From NCBI GenBank assembly GCA_038087875.1, contig CM075987.1:26600001-26664000 (forward strand): a DNA stretch of 64,000 nt. The letters run 5' to 3'. The position numbers and the translations under genes are program-made. The notes under the pieces are model-generated. The model saw nothing but the letters and a program-made list of their open reading frames with translations, was not told the DNA's origin and ran no database searches. Below are positions 22,891-34,174 of the stretch, one piece after another (positions within the stretch are counted from its first letter, which is position 1; each line of letters starts with the position of its first letter). The stretch is from Malacoraja senta (taxonomy: Eukaryota).

Positions 22891-23865
22891 CAAAACAGCT
22901 TTTAAGGTTTTTTTTAGCAATTATCCTCTCAATGCAATGCCATGATCACAGTTTCTGTTAAAATGGAGCTCATGATTCACTTTCACACAGCTACCCTGGA
23001 CTTCCTCTCACCTCACCTTAAGTATTATCTTCTGCGATGTATTCTAAAGGGTCTGTCCCACTTACGTGTCCTTGTCACGCAAATTACGCTGTCCCACGAA
23101 GGTCGCACTCGATTTCATGCGTACGCACAGCCGTCTGGAGTGCGTGACGTCATTTGAAGATAGACACAAAGCCGGAGTAACTCAGCGGGACCGGCAGCAT
23201 CTCTGGAGAGAAGGAATGGGTGATGTTTCGGGTCGAGACCCTTCTTCAATCTGAAAGAAGGGTCTTGACCCGAAACATCACCCATGTTTTTGTCTATCTT
23301 CAATTTTCTTGGCCCCGCTCTGGGAGTAGAAGTGGGGGCGGATCCGGACCGCAACGGCCGTGAGCCCCAGGCCGAGCTCGGCGATCGTTTGCCTGCTTCT
23401 GCTGCTGTTGGAGGTGAGACGATGCGTCGCGCCAGGGTCTTGGGCCTGTCCCACTTTGGCCGTCAGTTCCGCGACAGGCCATTGGCCCGCAAAGATTTCG
23501 TTCGCTACAAAAATTTCGGAGACCCGCGCGATGTCGCGCACAACTCCATACAGTGGCTTGCTGCAAAAGTATTCATACCCCTTGAACTTTTCCACATTTT
23601 GTCACGTTACAACCGCAAACGTAAATGTATTTTATTGGGATTTTATGTGATAGACCAACACAAAGTGGCGCATAATTGTGAAGTGGAAGGAAAATTACAC
23701 ATGGTTTTCAAATTTTTTTACAAATAAAAAACTGAAAAGTGTCGCGTGCAAAAGTATTCAGCCCCCTTTACTCTGATACCCCTAAATAAAATCCAGTGCA
23801 ACCAATTGCCTTCAGAAGTCACCTAATTAGTAAATAGAGTCCACTTGTGTGTAATCTAATCTCAG

Positions 23866-23871
23866 TATAAA
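23866..23871 (+). promoter_or_regulatory. Putative TATA box of the transposase
   Basis: TATAAA about 60 bp upstream of the transposase ATG, between the left TIR and the ORF. Confidence 0.4.
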
Positions 23872-23932
23872 TACAGCTGTTCTGTGAAGGCCTCAGAGGT
23901 TTGTTAGAGAACATTAGTGAACAAACAGCATC

Positions 23933-24952
23933 ATGAAGCCCAAGGAACACACCAGACAGGTCAGGGATAAAGTTGTGGAGAAGTTTAAAGCAGGGTTAGG
24001 GTATAAACAAATATCCCAAGCTTTGAACATCTCATGGAGCACTGTTCAATCCATCATCCGAAAATGGAAAGAGTATGGCACAACTGCAAACCTACCAAGA
24101 CATGGCCGTCCACCTAAACTGACAGGCCGGGCAAGGAGAGCATTGATCAGAGAAGCAGCCAAGAGGCCCATGGTAACTCTGGAGGAGCTGCAGAGATCCA
24201 CAGCTCAGGTGGGAGAATCTGTCCACAGGACAACTATTAGTCGTGCACTCCACAAATCGGACCTTTATGGAAGAGTGGCAAGAAGAAAGCCATTGTTGAA
24301 AAAAAGCCATAAGAAGTCCCGTTTGCAGTTTGCCACAAGCCATGTGGGGGACACAGCAAACATGTGGAGGAAGGTGCTCTGGTCAGATGAGACCAAAATT
24401 GAAGTTTTTGGCCTAAATGCAAAACGCTATGTGTGGCGGAAACCTAACACTGCACATCAACCTGAACACACCATCCCCACTGTGAAACATGGTGGTGGCA
24501 GCCTCATGCTGTGGGGATGCTTTTCTTCAGCAGGGTCAGGGAAGCTGGTCAGAGTTGATGGGAAGATGGATGGAGCCAAATACAGGGCATTCTTGGAAGA
24601 AAACCTGTTAGAGTCTGCAAAAGATTTGAGACTGGGGCAGAGGTTCACCTTCCAGCTGGACAACGACCCTAAACATACAGCCAGAGCTACAATGGAATGG
24701 TTTAGATCAAAGCATATTCATATGTTAGAATGGCCCAGTCAAAGTCCAGACCTAAATCCAATTGAGAATCTCTGGCAAGACTTGAAAATTGCTGTTCACA
24801 GATGCTCTCCATCCAATCTGACTGAGCTTGAGCTATTTTGCAAAGAAGAAAGGGCAAAAATTTCAGTCTCTAGATGTGCAAAGCTGGTAGAGATATACCC
24901 CAAAAGACTTGCAGCTGTAATTGCAGTGAAAGGTGGTTCTACAAAGTATTGA
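23933..24952 (+). CDS. Tc1-family DD34E transposase, 339 aa, uninterrupted
   Basis: N-terminal paired-like HTH, GRPPKL, ARRKPLL, WSDETK (D1), LDNDPKH (D2), exactly 34 residues to PIENLW (E), C-terminal GGSTKY. Confidence 0.96.
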   Translation: MKPKEHTRQVRDKVVEKFKAGLGYKQISQALNISWSTVQSIIRKWKEYGTTANLPRHGRPPKLTGRARRALIREAAKRPMVTLEELQRSTAQVGESVHRTTISRALHKSDLYGRVARRKPLLKKSHKKSRLQFATSHVGDTANMWRKVLWSDETKIEVFGLNAKRYVWRKPNTAHQPEHTIPTVKHGGGSLMLWGCFSSAGSGKLVRVDGKMDGAKYRAFLEENLLESAKDLRLGQRFTFQLDNDPKHTARATMEWFRSKHIHMLEWPSQSPDLNPIENLWQDLKIAVHRCSPSNLTELELFCKEERAKISVSRCAKLVEIYPKRLAAVIAVKGGSTKY

Positions 24953-25407
24953 CTCAGGGGGGCTGAATACTTTTGCACGCGACACTTTTCAGTTTTTTTA
25001 TTTGTAAAAAAATTTGAAAACCATGTATCATTTTCCTTCCACTTCACAATTATGCACCACTTTGTGTTGGTCTATCACATAAAATCCCAATAAAATACAT
25101 TTACGTTTGTGGTTGTAACGTGACAAAATGTGGAAAAGTTCAAGGGGTATGAAAACTTTTGCAAGCCACTGTACCCCTCCGCGCTTCTCAGTGGGACCAG
25201 CCCCCTGCGGCTATACGATGCCCGTGCGCCTCAACGCGACCACGAGGTCGCGTAATTTGCGTGCCAAGGGCACGTAAGTGGGACAGGCCCTTTATACTCC
25301 AAGTCAAACGAGGAAAGGAACAGCAACCCAGGGGGCCTCATGTGTGGAAAGGCTGCTTGGTGAAATAGTTCTGTGAACACTACCAAATACAATGCTAATT
25401 ACCTAAT

Positions 25408-25775
25408 CTTGATTTCTCGAACTCCAAGAAACCCTTGCATTCCCTCTCTCTCTGTCCCTCCCCCCACCCTAGTCAACGTACTAGTTTCACTGTTGTCCTG
25501 CTGAGTTTCACTGTTCGCATCCACACGTTATCACCTTCTCCACTGCCAACAATGGACCATTGTGGGCTCCACCTTTCCTTGATCATGGTTGCTGGCTTTG
25601 GTTATCCCTTTAGCTTGCCTTTCATTCATTTGTTCCTTGTCACTTTTCATATTTCTTGTTTCCCTATCCCTTGGCTCTCAGCCTGAAGAAGGGTCTCGAC
25701 CCGAAACGTCACCTATACCTTATCTCCAGAGATGCTGCCTGACCCGCTGAGTTACTCCAGCTTTTCATGTCTACA
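25408..25775 (+). mobile_element. Penelope-like 3' end (second subfamily, long pyrimidine-rich 3' UTR) with hammerhead-like motif at 25683-25710
   Basis: Begins at a degenerate DFSNFK-like ORF end; contains CTGAAGAAGGGTCTCGACCCGAAACGTC; related copies at 12830-13080 and 28935-29090. Confidence 0.65.
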
Positions 25776-25997
25776 ACGCTAATGAATGTATGCATGTATA
25801 GCCGCCGAGAATGTCAGAATAATTTTTGGCACATTTCTTGTTTGGTGTATATTTTTTTATTCCGAATAAAGTGTATTTCAAATTTTTTTTAATCTGTTTA
25901 TCCATTCGCCAAGGATTGTCCCAAATATCAGCGACATTGTACGCTTCTCACACTTGCTTCTTCTGGTATTACAATTGATAACCAAAAACTAATTTTC

Positions 25998-26475
25998 TAG
26001 GACCAGAAGCCACAGCTTCAGAGTAAAAGGACGTTCCTTTAGAATGGAGATGAGGAGGAATTTCTTTAGTCAGAGGGTGGTGAATCTGTGGAATTCTTTG
26101 GCACAGACGCCTGTGGAGGCCAAGTCCATGGATATTTTTAAGGCAGAGATAGTTAGATTCTTGATTAGTACGGGTGTCAGGGGGTTATGGGGAGAAGGCA
26201 GGAGAATGGGGTTAGGAGGGAGAGATAGATCAGCCATGATTGAATGGCGGAGTAGACCCGATGGGCTGAATGGCCTAATTCTGCTCCTGGAATTTATTAA
26301 CAATGTTATAAGATCATAAGTGACAGGAGCAGAATTAGGCCATTCGGCCCATCAAGTCTACTCCGCCATTCAATCATGGATAATCTATCTCTCCCTCCCA
26401 ACCCCATTCTCCTGCCTTCTCCCCGTAACCTCTGACACCCGTACTAATCAAGAATCTATCTACCTCTGCCTTCAA
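25998..26475. mobile_element. Two CR1 3' fragments tail to tail (+ 25998-26300; - 26310-26475)
   Basis: EMRRNFFSQRVVNLWNSL on the + strand; reverse-complement copy of the same 3' end immediately after. Confidence 0.8.
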
Positions 26476-27290
26476 TATCAATAACTTGGTACAATTGATA
26501 ACTGGAAAATAATTTTGCAAGTGAACCAAAAGTAAGATGAGAAGAAAAAAAATCTCCTCACAAAGGCAGCTCTGGAGAGAAGGAATGGGTGACGTTTCAG
26601 GTCGAGACCCTTCTTGAGACTGATGAAACCAGCGGTTTAAACCTGCTTCTGCAGTTCCTTCCGACACGCTCCACGAACAAAAGGAGATGTGTCATCAAAC
26701 GCACGCGCTGCCTGTAAAAGATGCTGGAAGCAGATTCAACCATAATTCATAAAAGGGAATCAGATAAATGCTTCTTGAAAGGGAAATTACAGATGAAGGA
26801 GTCTGAGGAAAGAAGCAATGGTGGGACTCACTGAATAATCTGTTCAAGTAGTGAGCACAAGCTACAATGGAACAAATGGCTTCCTTAACTTTTGCATTAT
26901 TCAGTGTTCCTAGGAAAAAAGCTCTACATTTTGATATTTCATCTTTAATTGCATATTAATCATCTTTGGATTTTTTTTCCCTCACTCTGTAAACCTACCT
27001 TAAATATGCATTGATTCTGCATGTTCAACATTTTTTTCCAGCTTGTCCCACTTTCCTCTTACGCAATTACTGTAAAACATCCTTCATTGTTCAATTAACT
27101 AGTTGGCGGCCTGTGAATCCAGCCCTTTTAAATATATAGAGTCATAGAGTGATACAGTGTGGAAACAGGCCCCTCGGCCCAACTTGCCCACACCGGCCAA
27201 CATGTCCCAGCTACACTAGTAGTCACCTGCCTGCGTTTGGTCCATATCCCTCCAAACCTGTCCTATCCATGTACCTGTCTGACAATTTCT

Positions 27291-27558
27291 TTTTTTGTAA
27301 TAATATTTTTATTAGAAGCATGTACATATCATAATCAAAACACATTTTGTAAATCAATTACATATTGTTAATAGATGGGATTCCAACTATCAAAATAATA
27401 GTGGTCCTCATTTATCAATTGTATATTAACTGCTTCTATTTGGGTTTTTTTTTATAGATAGAAAGTGAGAAGAAAAAAAAGACAACGATAAAAAATAATG
27501 GTATAATTTATCAATAATACAACTTTGGAGATAGATCCGTAGATTATAAAACATATCA
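27291..27558 (-). mobile_element. L1-type LINE 3' UTR fragment inserted in a CR1 fragment
   Basis: Poly-T and TTTATT at the left end; degenerate TSD CCTGTCTGACAATTTCTT / CCCGTCTAACAATGTCTT. Confidence 0.6.
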
Positions 27559-27795
27559 CCCGTCTAACAATGTCTTAAACATTCCAGAGACAAAGTCCAA
27601 TGACCACAATGGGCACAGGAGATAATTGAGGCAGGTATTATAAAGACATTTCAAATACCCCATTTGGACATGTTCACGGATTGGAAAGGTTTAGAGGGAT
27701 ATGGGCCAAACACGAGCAAATGGGAGGACCATAGATGGTCATCTTGATGGGCATGGACATTGGGCCTGAGGGCATGTTTCCACACTGCATGACCT

Positions 27796-28078
27796 AGGCG
27801 GTTGCAGCACCTAGACTATGGAACAGCATCCCTCTTCCCATCAGAACTTCCCATCACCCCTCCATCAACTCTTTAAGTCTAGACTTAAAACTTATTTCTT
27901 CTCTCAAGCCTTTCTTGAGGTCCTCTGAGGGAGTGCTGTATGTATGTATTTATGTACGTATTGTTGATCTATGTACCACTGTATGTAGCATGTTAGTACC
28001 TGCACTGATGTAAAGCACTTTGGTCAACGAGAGCTGTTTTTAAAAGTGCTATAGAAATAAAATTGACGTGACTCGACT
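27796..28078 (+). mobile_element. L2-type LINE 3' fragment
   Basis: AVAAPRLWNSIP...FKSRLKTYFF C-terminus; 3' UTR GTAAAGCACTTTG...AAAGTGCTATAGAAATAAA. Confidence 0.75.
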
Positions 28079-29172
28079 TCTCTCACCTCCTGTATATAAT
28101 TATACCACTTAATTTCTATCGGCTTTCTTCATTCTTCCTGCGAAAGAATTTGCGTGCGGCATTTCCTGCGTCACTTGCCCGGTCTTGCCCACAGCTTATG
28201 TGCATCATCTAGAAGGTTGCTCCTCCCCTGCTCACCATTTACTGCATTACCTCAATAGACAACAGACAATAGGTGCAGGAGTAGGCCACTCGACCCTTCG
28301 AGTCAGCACCGCCATTCACTGTGATCGTGGCTGATCATCCCCAATCAGTACCCCGTTCCTGCCTTCTCCCCATATCCCCTGACTCCGCTATCTTTAAGAG
28401 CCCTATCTAGCTCTCCCTTGAAAGTACCCAGAGAACCTTCCTCCACCGCCCTCTGAGGCAGAGAATTCCACAGACTCACAACTCCTTTCATGACATCCTC
28501 ATTCATTGAAATTGCAACCCATGAGGAAATAACATTGAGAACATCCATTTACTGAAGATGAGTCTCGACCCGAAACGTCACCTACTCCGTCGCTCCATAG
28601 ATGCTGCCTCACCTGCTGAATTTCTCCAGCATTTTCTGTCCACCTTATATATCAAGAAGAGCGGTTTCTTGCTTCTCTGCCCATTAGTCTAAAAGGTAAC
28701 CAGTCAATGTTTCTCCCTCTCCTTCTCCCTCCCCAAGCCTAACCATCCTGCTTGTTTAGCTGTCCGTATACCTTCGTTAAGGTCATAAGGAATAGGAATA
28801 GAATGAGACCATTCGGCCCATCAAGTCTACTCCGCCATTCAATCAAGGCTGATCTATCTCTCCCTCCCCACCCCATTCTCCTGCCTTCTCCTTTGTTTGT
28901 TGTGCTATTTAATCCTTCAAAGAGTTCCAGCAAGAGGTTATCACCTCATCCACAGCCAACAATGGACCATTGTGGGCTCCACCTCTCCTGGGTCATCGGT
29001 GCCGGCTCTGAATTATTCTGTATACCTTTTCATACCACTAGATTCCCTCTCCCCTGACTCTCAGTCTGAAGAAGGGTCTCGATCCAAAAGATAGAGTTGA
29101 GACCCAAGGGTCTCGACCTGAAACGTCACCCATCCCTGCTCTCCAGAGATGCTGCCTGTCCAGGTGAGTTAC

Positions 29173-29531
29173 ATAGATACATAGAAAATAGGTGCAGGAG
29201 TAGGCCATTCGGCCCTTCGAGCCTGCACCGCCATTCAATATGATCATGGCTGATCATCCAACTCAGTATCCCGTACCTGCCTTCTCTCCATACCCCCTGA
29301 TCCCTTTAGCCACAAGGGCCACATCTAACTCCCTCTTAAATATAGCCAATGAACTGGCGTCAACTACCCTTTGTGGCAGAGAGTTCCAGAGATTCACCAC
29401 TCTCTGTGTGAAAAAGTTTTTCCTCATCTCGGTCTTAAATGATTTCCCCCTTATCCTTAAGCTGTGACCCCTTGTCCTGGACTTCCCCAACATCGGGAAC
29501 AATCTTCCTGCATCTAGCCTGTCCAACCCCA
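29173..29531 (-). mobile_element. CR1-type LINE 3' fragment, same subfamily as 44292-47049
   Basis: GLDRLDAGRLFPMLGKSRTRGHSL...GYGEKAGTGY; TTAC duplicated at both flanks. Confidence 0.9.
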
Positions 29532-30550
29532 TTACTCCGGCTTTTGGTATCCATCTTCAGTTTAAACCAGCAACTGCAGTTCCTTCCCACACAATTCTCT
29601 GACCCTAGTCCTTTATTCATGACGAGGAAAGATTTCATTCCGGAATTTCACACAGAAGTGTGAAAACGCACACCTCCGGATCCAGGGACAGTTTCTTCCC
29701 AGCTGCCATCAGTCTCACCCATCCCTTCTCTCCAGAGATGCTGCCTGTCCCGCTGAGTTGCTCCAGGACTCTGTGTCTATCTTCACTGATTCCCATTCCT
29801 TGACTTGACATTGAATGCATAGACCCACTGCTCTGCTCTCATGCTTCACTGTCGATAATGCTCGTTATGCGACACTTTATTGAACCTCCTTTGAGAGTGC
29901 AGAAAAACACATCAACTGCACCACGTTCATCAAAACATCATTAAGGAACACAACTAAATTGGTTTAGAATAACCTTCCATTCAGAAGTCAGTGGCTTTGC
30001 TAATTAAACTGCCGCTTTCCCAATTGCTAATGAATATTATCCTAGATTATTATCTCTGAAATTGCTTCCCATTTTATCAGTGTCCTAACTGGACCACAGA
30101 ACATCCCCCATCCCTTCTCTGCAGAGATGCTGTCTGCACCGCTGAGTTACTCCAGCATTTTGTGTCTATCTTCAGTTACTCGCTTACCTTCACTTCCTCT
30201 GTCGTTCATTGTCAGTTGACTGCACTGCATGTTTCTATTGATGTTGAGAATCTCCATTCAGCATAAGATCATAAGAGATAGGAGCAGATTTAGGCCATTC
30301 GGCCCATCAAGTCTATTCGGTCATTTAAATCGTGGCTGGTCTATCTCTCCCTCCTAACCCCATTCTCCTGCCTTCTCCCCATAACCTCTGACACCCGTAC
30401 TAATCAAGAATCTATCTATTTGCCTTAAATATATCCACTGACTTGGCCTCCACAGCCTTCTGTGGCAATGACTTCCACAGATTCACCACCCTCTGACTAA
30501 AGAAATCCCTCGTCATCTTCTTCCTCGAAGAATGTCCTTAAATTCTGAGG

Positions 30551-31225
30551 TAAATATTTTAAGTATAATATCTAAAGTGACCAGCACACAATTGGACCCG
30601 GATCCAAAATTAATAATACTCGGAACATTAGAATTAAATCAAACATTTACAACAACACAAAGAAACTTTATTGATTATAGTATAATAACGGGAAAAAAAT
30701 TAATTCTAAAAGTTTGGAAAGGCCCTATAACCCCCACAATCAAAATGTGGATTATAGAAATGACGGAGACCTTAAATGTGGAAAGAATCAGATTTTCCCT
30801 GTTGGACAAACAGGAATTATTCATTGGAACATGGTCTCCCTTTATTGATTATTTAAAGGGTCAGAATGGTTCAGCACAGGAACCTGACTAACACTCGGGC
30901 TAAAGAATGGATGAAATGTTATACTCTGAAATGTACGAATATATCTCAAACGAAGTTTTTTATCTTAATAAATGTTTCCAATCTTCTTTAACTATCTTTT
31001 TCTATTCTGTTTTCTTTTTTTTTTTTTCTTTCTCTTTTCTTTCTTTACTTCATCTATCTTTTTAGTTCTATCTAGTTTAAAAAAAATAAAAAAAAGGCAA
31101 AAGGTATTGGAGACAATGTAATAATAATAGACAATATTATCAATTTAAAAATGTAAGACTGGTAATGATGATAATATGTTGTGTACTTATCTCCAATAAA
31201 AAATATTTTCAAAAAAAAATAAAAA
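30551..31225 (+). mobile_element. L1-type LINE 3' fragment inserted in a minus-strand CR1 fragment (30262-31300)
   Basis: ORF2 end ...GKKLILKVWK...W...L..E...F...WSPFIDYL; AATAAA and poly-A; 11-bp TSD AAATTCTGAGG (30540-30550, 31226-31236). Confidence 0.9.
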
Positions 31226-31681
31226 AAATTCTGAGGCTGTGACGTCTAGTCCTAGGTTCTCCCACAAGTGTGAACATGCTCTCCACATCCACTCAACCCA
31301 AGATGGATGAAGCCTTTATCTGATGGGAAAGGAAGTTATACTTTGAATATTGGAAGTTAAACTCACTGGAAACTGCAGAATCCATTCCATTCTAACCTTT
31401 CTTCTGCATTAAAACTTTGACAAATAGTTAGCTCCACATTAGTCTTTGGTGAAGGTTAAATAGCCCTTCATAACCTGAACAGATAAGGGCGATTGATGCT
31501 TTTCATGGACTTAGTGGGTGACAGGTCTGCTTCTGTGGTGCGTGACTCAATCATCCTCTCACCCGAGGTAGACACAAAATGCTGGAATTAGTCAGCAGGG
31601 CAGACAGTATCTCTGGAGAGAAGGAGAGTTCCTCCGGATGGAACTCTGGAGAGAGGAGGGTACGGACCCTTCTCCTTCCCG

Positions 31682-32040
31682 TCTTCTTCTTCTGTCGTGT
31701 GTCTTTTAGACCTGCAGCTCCGTTGAGGCGAGCCAGGCCAACACGTGTGTCATCGTCCAGGTCAATCACACCTCATTCACCATTCGGTGGCTGGTGTTTG
31801 GGGCAACTGGTGACTATGTGTGGGCTCCACTGTCTGTGTTGGGTCCCCACACTCGCAGGAGGCACTCGCTGTCCACGAGGCCCCACCTCTTCATCGCTAC
31901 TCCATAGCGTCCGACGCCTGTCCTCAAGCGGTTGAGGGTTGTCCACTGCCTTCGGGGAAGGTCCTGGCCAGGGACGTCCATGGGTCATTGAAGTAATGGT
32001 GTAGCCTAGATGGTTCCGCTGACTTCCACTGGTCTCTCCA
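31682..32040 (-). mobile_element. Vingi/Ingi-like LINE 3' fragment (frameshifted)
   Basis: Manual minus-strand translation across frameshifts: PGQDLPRRQWTTLNRLRTGVGRYGVAMKRWGLVDS / SCECGDPTQTVE / HIVTSCP (CCHC finger); ends ACACACGACAGAAGAAGAAG. Confidence 0.75.
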
Positions 32041-33595
32041 TCTCGCCATCTGCACTAGTCCCACCTGCCTGCGTTTGGTCCACATCCCTCCAAACCTGAC
32101 CTATCCATGTACCTGTCTACCTGTTTCTTAAACGTTGGGATAGTCCCAGCCTCAACTACCTCAGTGAATGGATGGGTGACATTTCAGGTCGAGACCCTTC
32201 TTCGTCAGATAAAATAAAGTGTCAAGAAGGGTCTCGACCTGAAACATCACCCATCCGTGCTCTCCGGAGATGCCGCCTGTCCCGCTGAGTTACTCTGGCT
32301 TTTTGTATCTGTCTTCAGTTTAAACCAGCAACTGCTGTTCCTTCCCACACAATTCTCTGACCCTAGTCCTTTATATATGACAAGAAAAGATTTCATTCCA
32401 GAATTTCACACAGAAGTGTGAAAACACACACCTCCGGATCCAGGGACAGTTTCGTCCAGCTGCCATCAGGCAACTGAACCATCCTACCACAACTAGAGAG
32501 AGGTCCTGAGCTACAACCTACCTCATTGGAGACCCTCGGACTATCCTTATTCGGATTTTATCTTACACAGTATAGCGTGGTGAATCTGTGGAATTCATTG
32601 CCACAGACGGATGTGAAGGTCAAGTCAATGGATATTTTTGAGATGGAGATTGACAGATTTTTGATGAGTACGGGTGACAGGGGTTATGGGGCAAAGAAAG
32701 GAGAATGAGGTTAGGAGGGAGAGATAGATCAGCCATGATTGAATGGCGGAGTTGACTTGATGGGCTGAATGGCATAATTCTGCTCCTAGAATTTATGAAC
32801 TTATGACCTTAACGAAGGTATACGGACAGCGAAACGAAGAGGATGGCTAGGCTTGGGGAGGGACGGAGGGAGAAGGAGAGGGAGAAACATTGACTGGTTA
32901 CCTTTTAACTAAACATTATTCCCTTTATCATGTCTCAGAACTCTATGAATGGCTCGATTATAACCATGTACAACCCTTCCCCTCTCCCCTATCTTTGCAC
33001 ACCCCCAATTCAGTCTGAAGAAGGGTCTTGGCCCGAAACGTCACCTATTCCTTCGCTCCATGGATGCTGCCTGACCTGCTGTGTTTCTCCAGCATTTTTG
33101 TATTCCTTTCCACTCGTCATTTTAATTTCATGTTTCATGTATATTGTGTTTTATGACTGTTGGGAGATCAATTTCCCTCCTGGGATAAATAAAGTTCTAT
33201 CGTATCGTATCGTACAGTCTTTGCGCTGACTGGTTAGCACCCAACAAAAAAGCTTTTCACTGTACTCCGCTACACGTGACAATCAACTAAACTGTCCTGC
33301 ATTTTCCATTAAAGAGCAGCCAGAAACATATAGTAGTTATGTCCCGAGTAGAAATTGATGCCTCAGCTATTTGCTTGGCTAAATAGGCTTTAAGTGTCAG
33401 TGGAGTTTAAAGCTAAAATCTTCTAAATGGGTTGACAGGATGAGCCAGTGACCTAAGTCGACACACATACACTGCATCTTATCTCTGTACTGACCACTCC
33501 CCTGAAATCAGTCTGAAGAAAGGGTCTCGACCCAAAACATCACCCATTCCTTCCCTCCAGAGATGCTGCCAGTCCCGCTGAGTTACTCCAGCACT

Positions 33596-33649
33596 GGGGG
33601 GGGAGGTTGCAACCTTCACGTGGTCCGCCCTGTTTCGACGAATGCAATC
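33596..33649 (+). ncRNA. HDV/CPEB3-like self-cleaving ribozyme (minimal P4)
   Basis: P1 G-run (33596-33603) / CCGCCCT (33625-33631); P2 GGTTGCA (33605-33611) / TGCAATC (33643-33649); P3 ACC / GGT; L3 TTCACGT; J4/2 CGAA (33639-33642). Confidence 0.75.
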
Positions 33650-33735
33650 AACCTGGCGTGCACAATCAAATAAGATCAAATAGAACAAGTTGTCCTCCAA
33701 CTTTAGGCTGTGCACGCCATACACAAGAAGAAGAA
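33596..33735 (+). mobile_element. 140-bp non-autonomous retroelement with HDV-like ribozyme head and (AAG)n tail
   Basis: 11-bp perfect TSD ACTCCAGCACT (33585-33595, 33736-33746); tail GCCATACACAAGAAGAAGAA; no pol III A/B boxes. Confidence 0.85.
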
Positions 33736-34174
33736 ACTCCAGCACTTTGTGTTTAAGACGATGACAGAGTTTGATACAACCATTGAAGGCAGAGGTTAGA
33801 GTGTTGTCAACTCAGCCGGGAAAAGACAGCAAAAGATAACCGCTGACCAGATACGCCCCGAGGAGCAGTCATCTCCCCTCAGGTTATTCATTCTGACTTC
33901 TTAGGAACCATCTCCTAGTTGGCAGCTCTGATGGGAATAGACCAAAGAATGACACATCCTGAGATGCAGCTGTCAATTTGAGTTGCAAATGTCACAGGCG
34001 TTGCAGACACTATTCAGAAGAGGCTGAGTTAGAATCATAGAGACACAGAGACACAGAGTGATACAGGGTGGAAACAGGCCCTTCAGCCCAACTTGCCCAC
34101 ACCAGCCAACTTGTCCCATCTACACTAGTCCCACCTGCCTGCGTTTGGTCCATATCCCTCCAAACCTGTCCTAT

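Larger units (their letters stand above)
23551..25171 (+). mobile_element. Full-length Tc1/mariner DNA transposon, IR/DR type, Passport-like
   Basis: TA TSD (23549-23550, 25172-25173); about 216-bp TIRs (23551-23767, 24956-25171) starting CAGTGGCTTG; outer and inner direct repeats with core TGCAAAAGTATTCA. Confidence 0.96.
23048..25291. mobile_element. Composite PIF/Harbinger-type MITE (related to 17146-17777) split by a Tc1 insertion
   Basis: About 42-bp TIR AGGGTCTGTCCCACTTACGTGTCCTTGTCACGCAAATTACGC / GCGTAATTTGCGTGCCAAGGGCACGTAAGTGGGACAGGCCCT; flanks TAA and TTA; internal body shared with 17230-17690. Confidence 0.82.
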
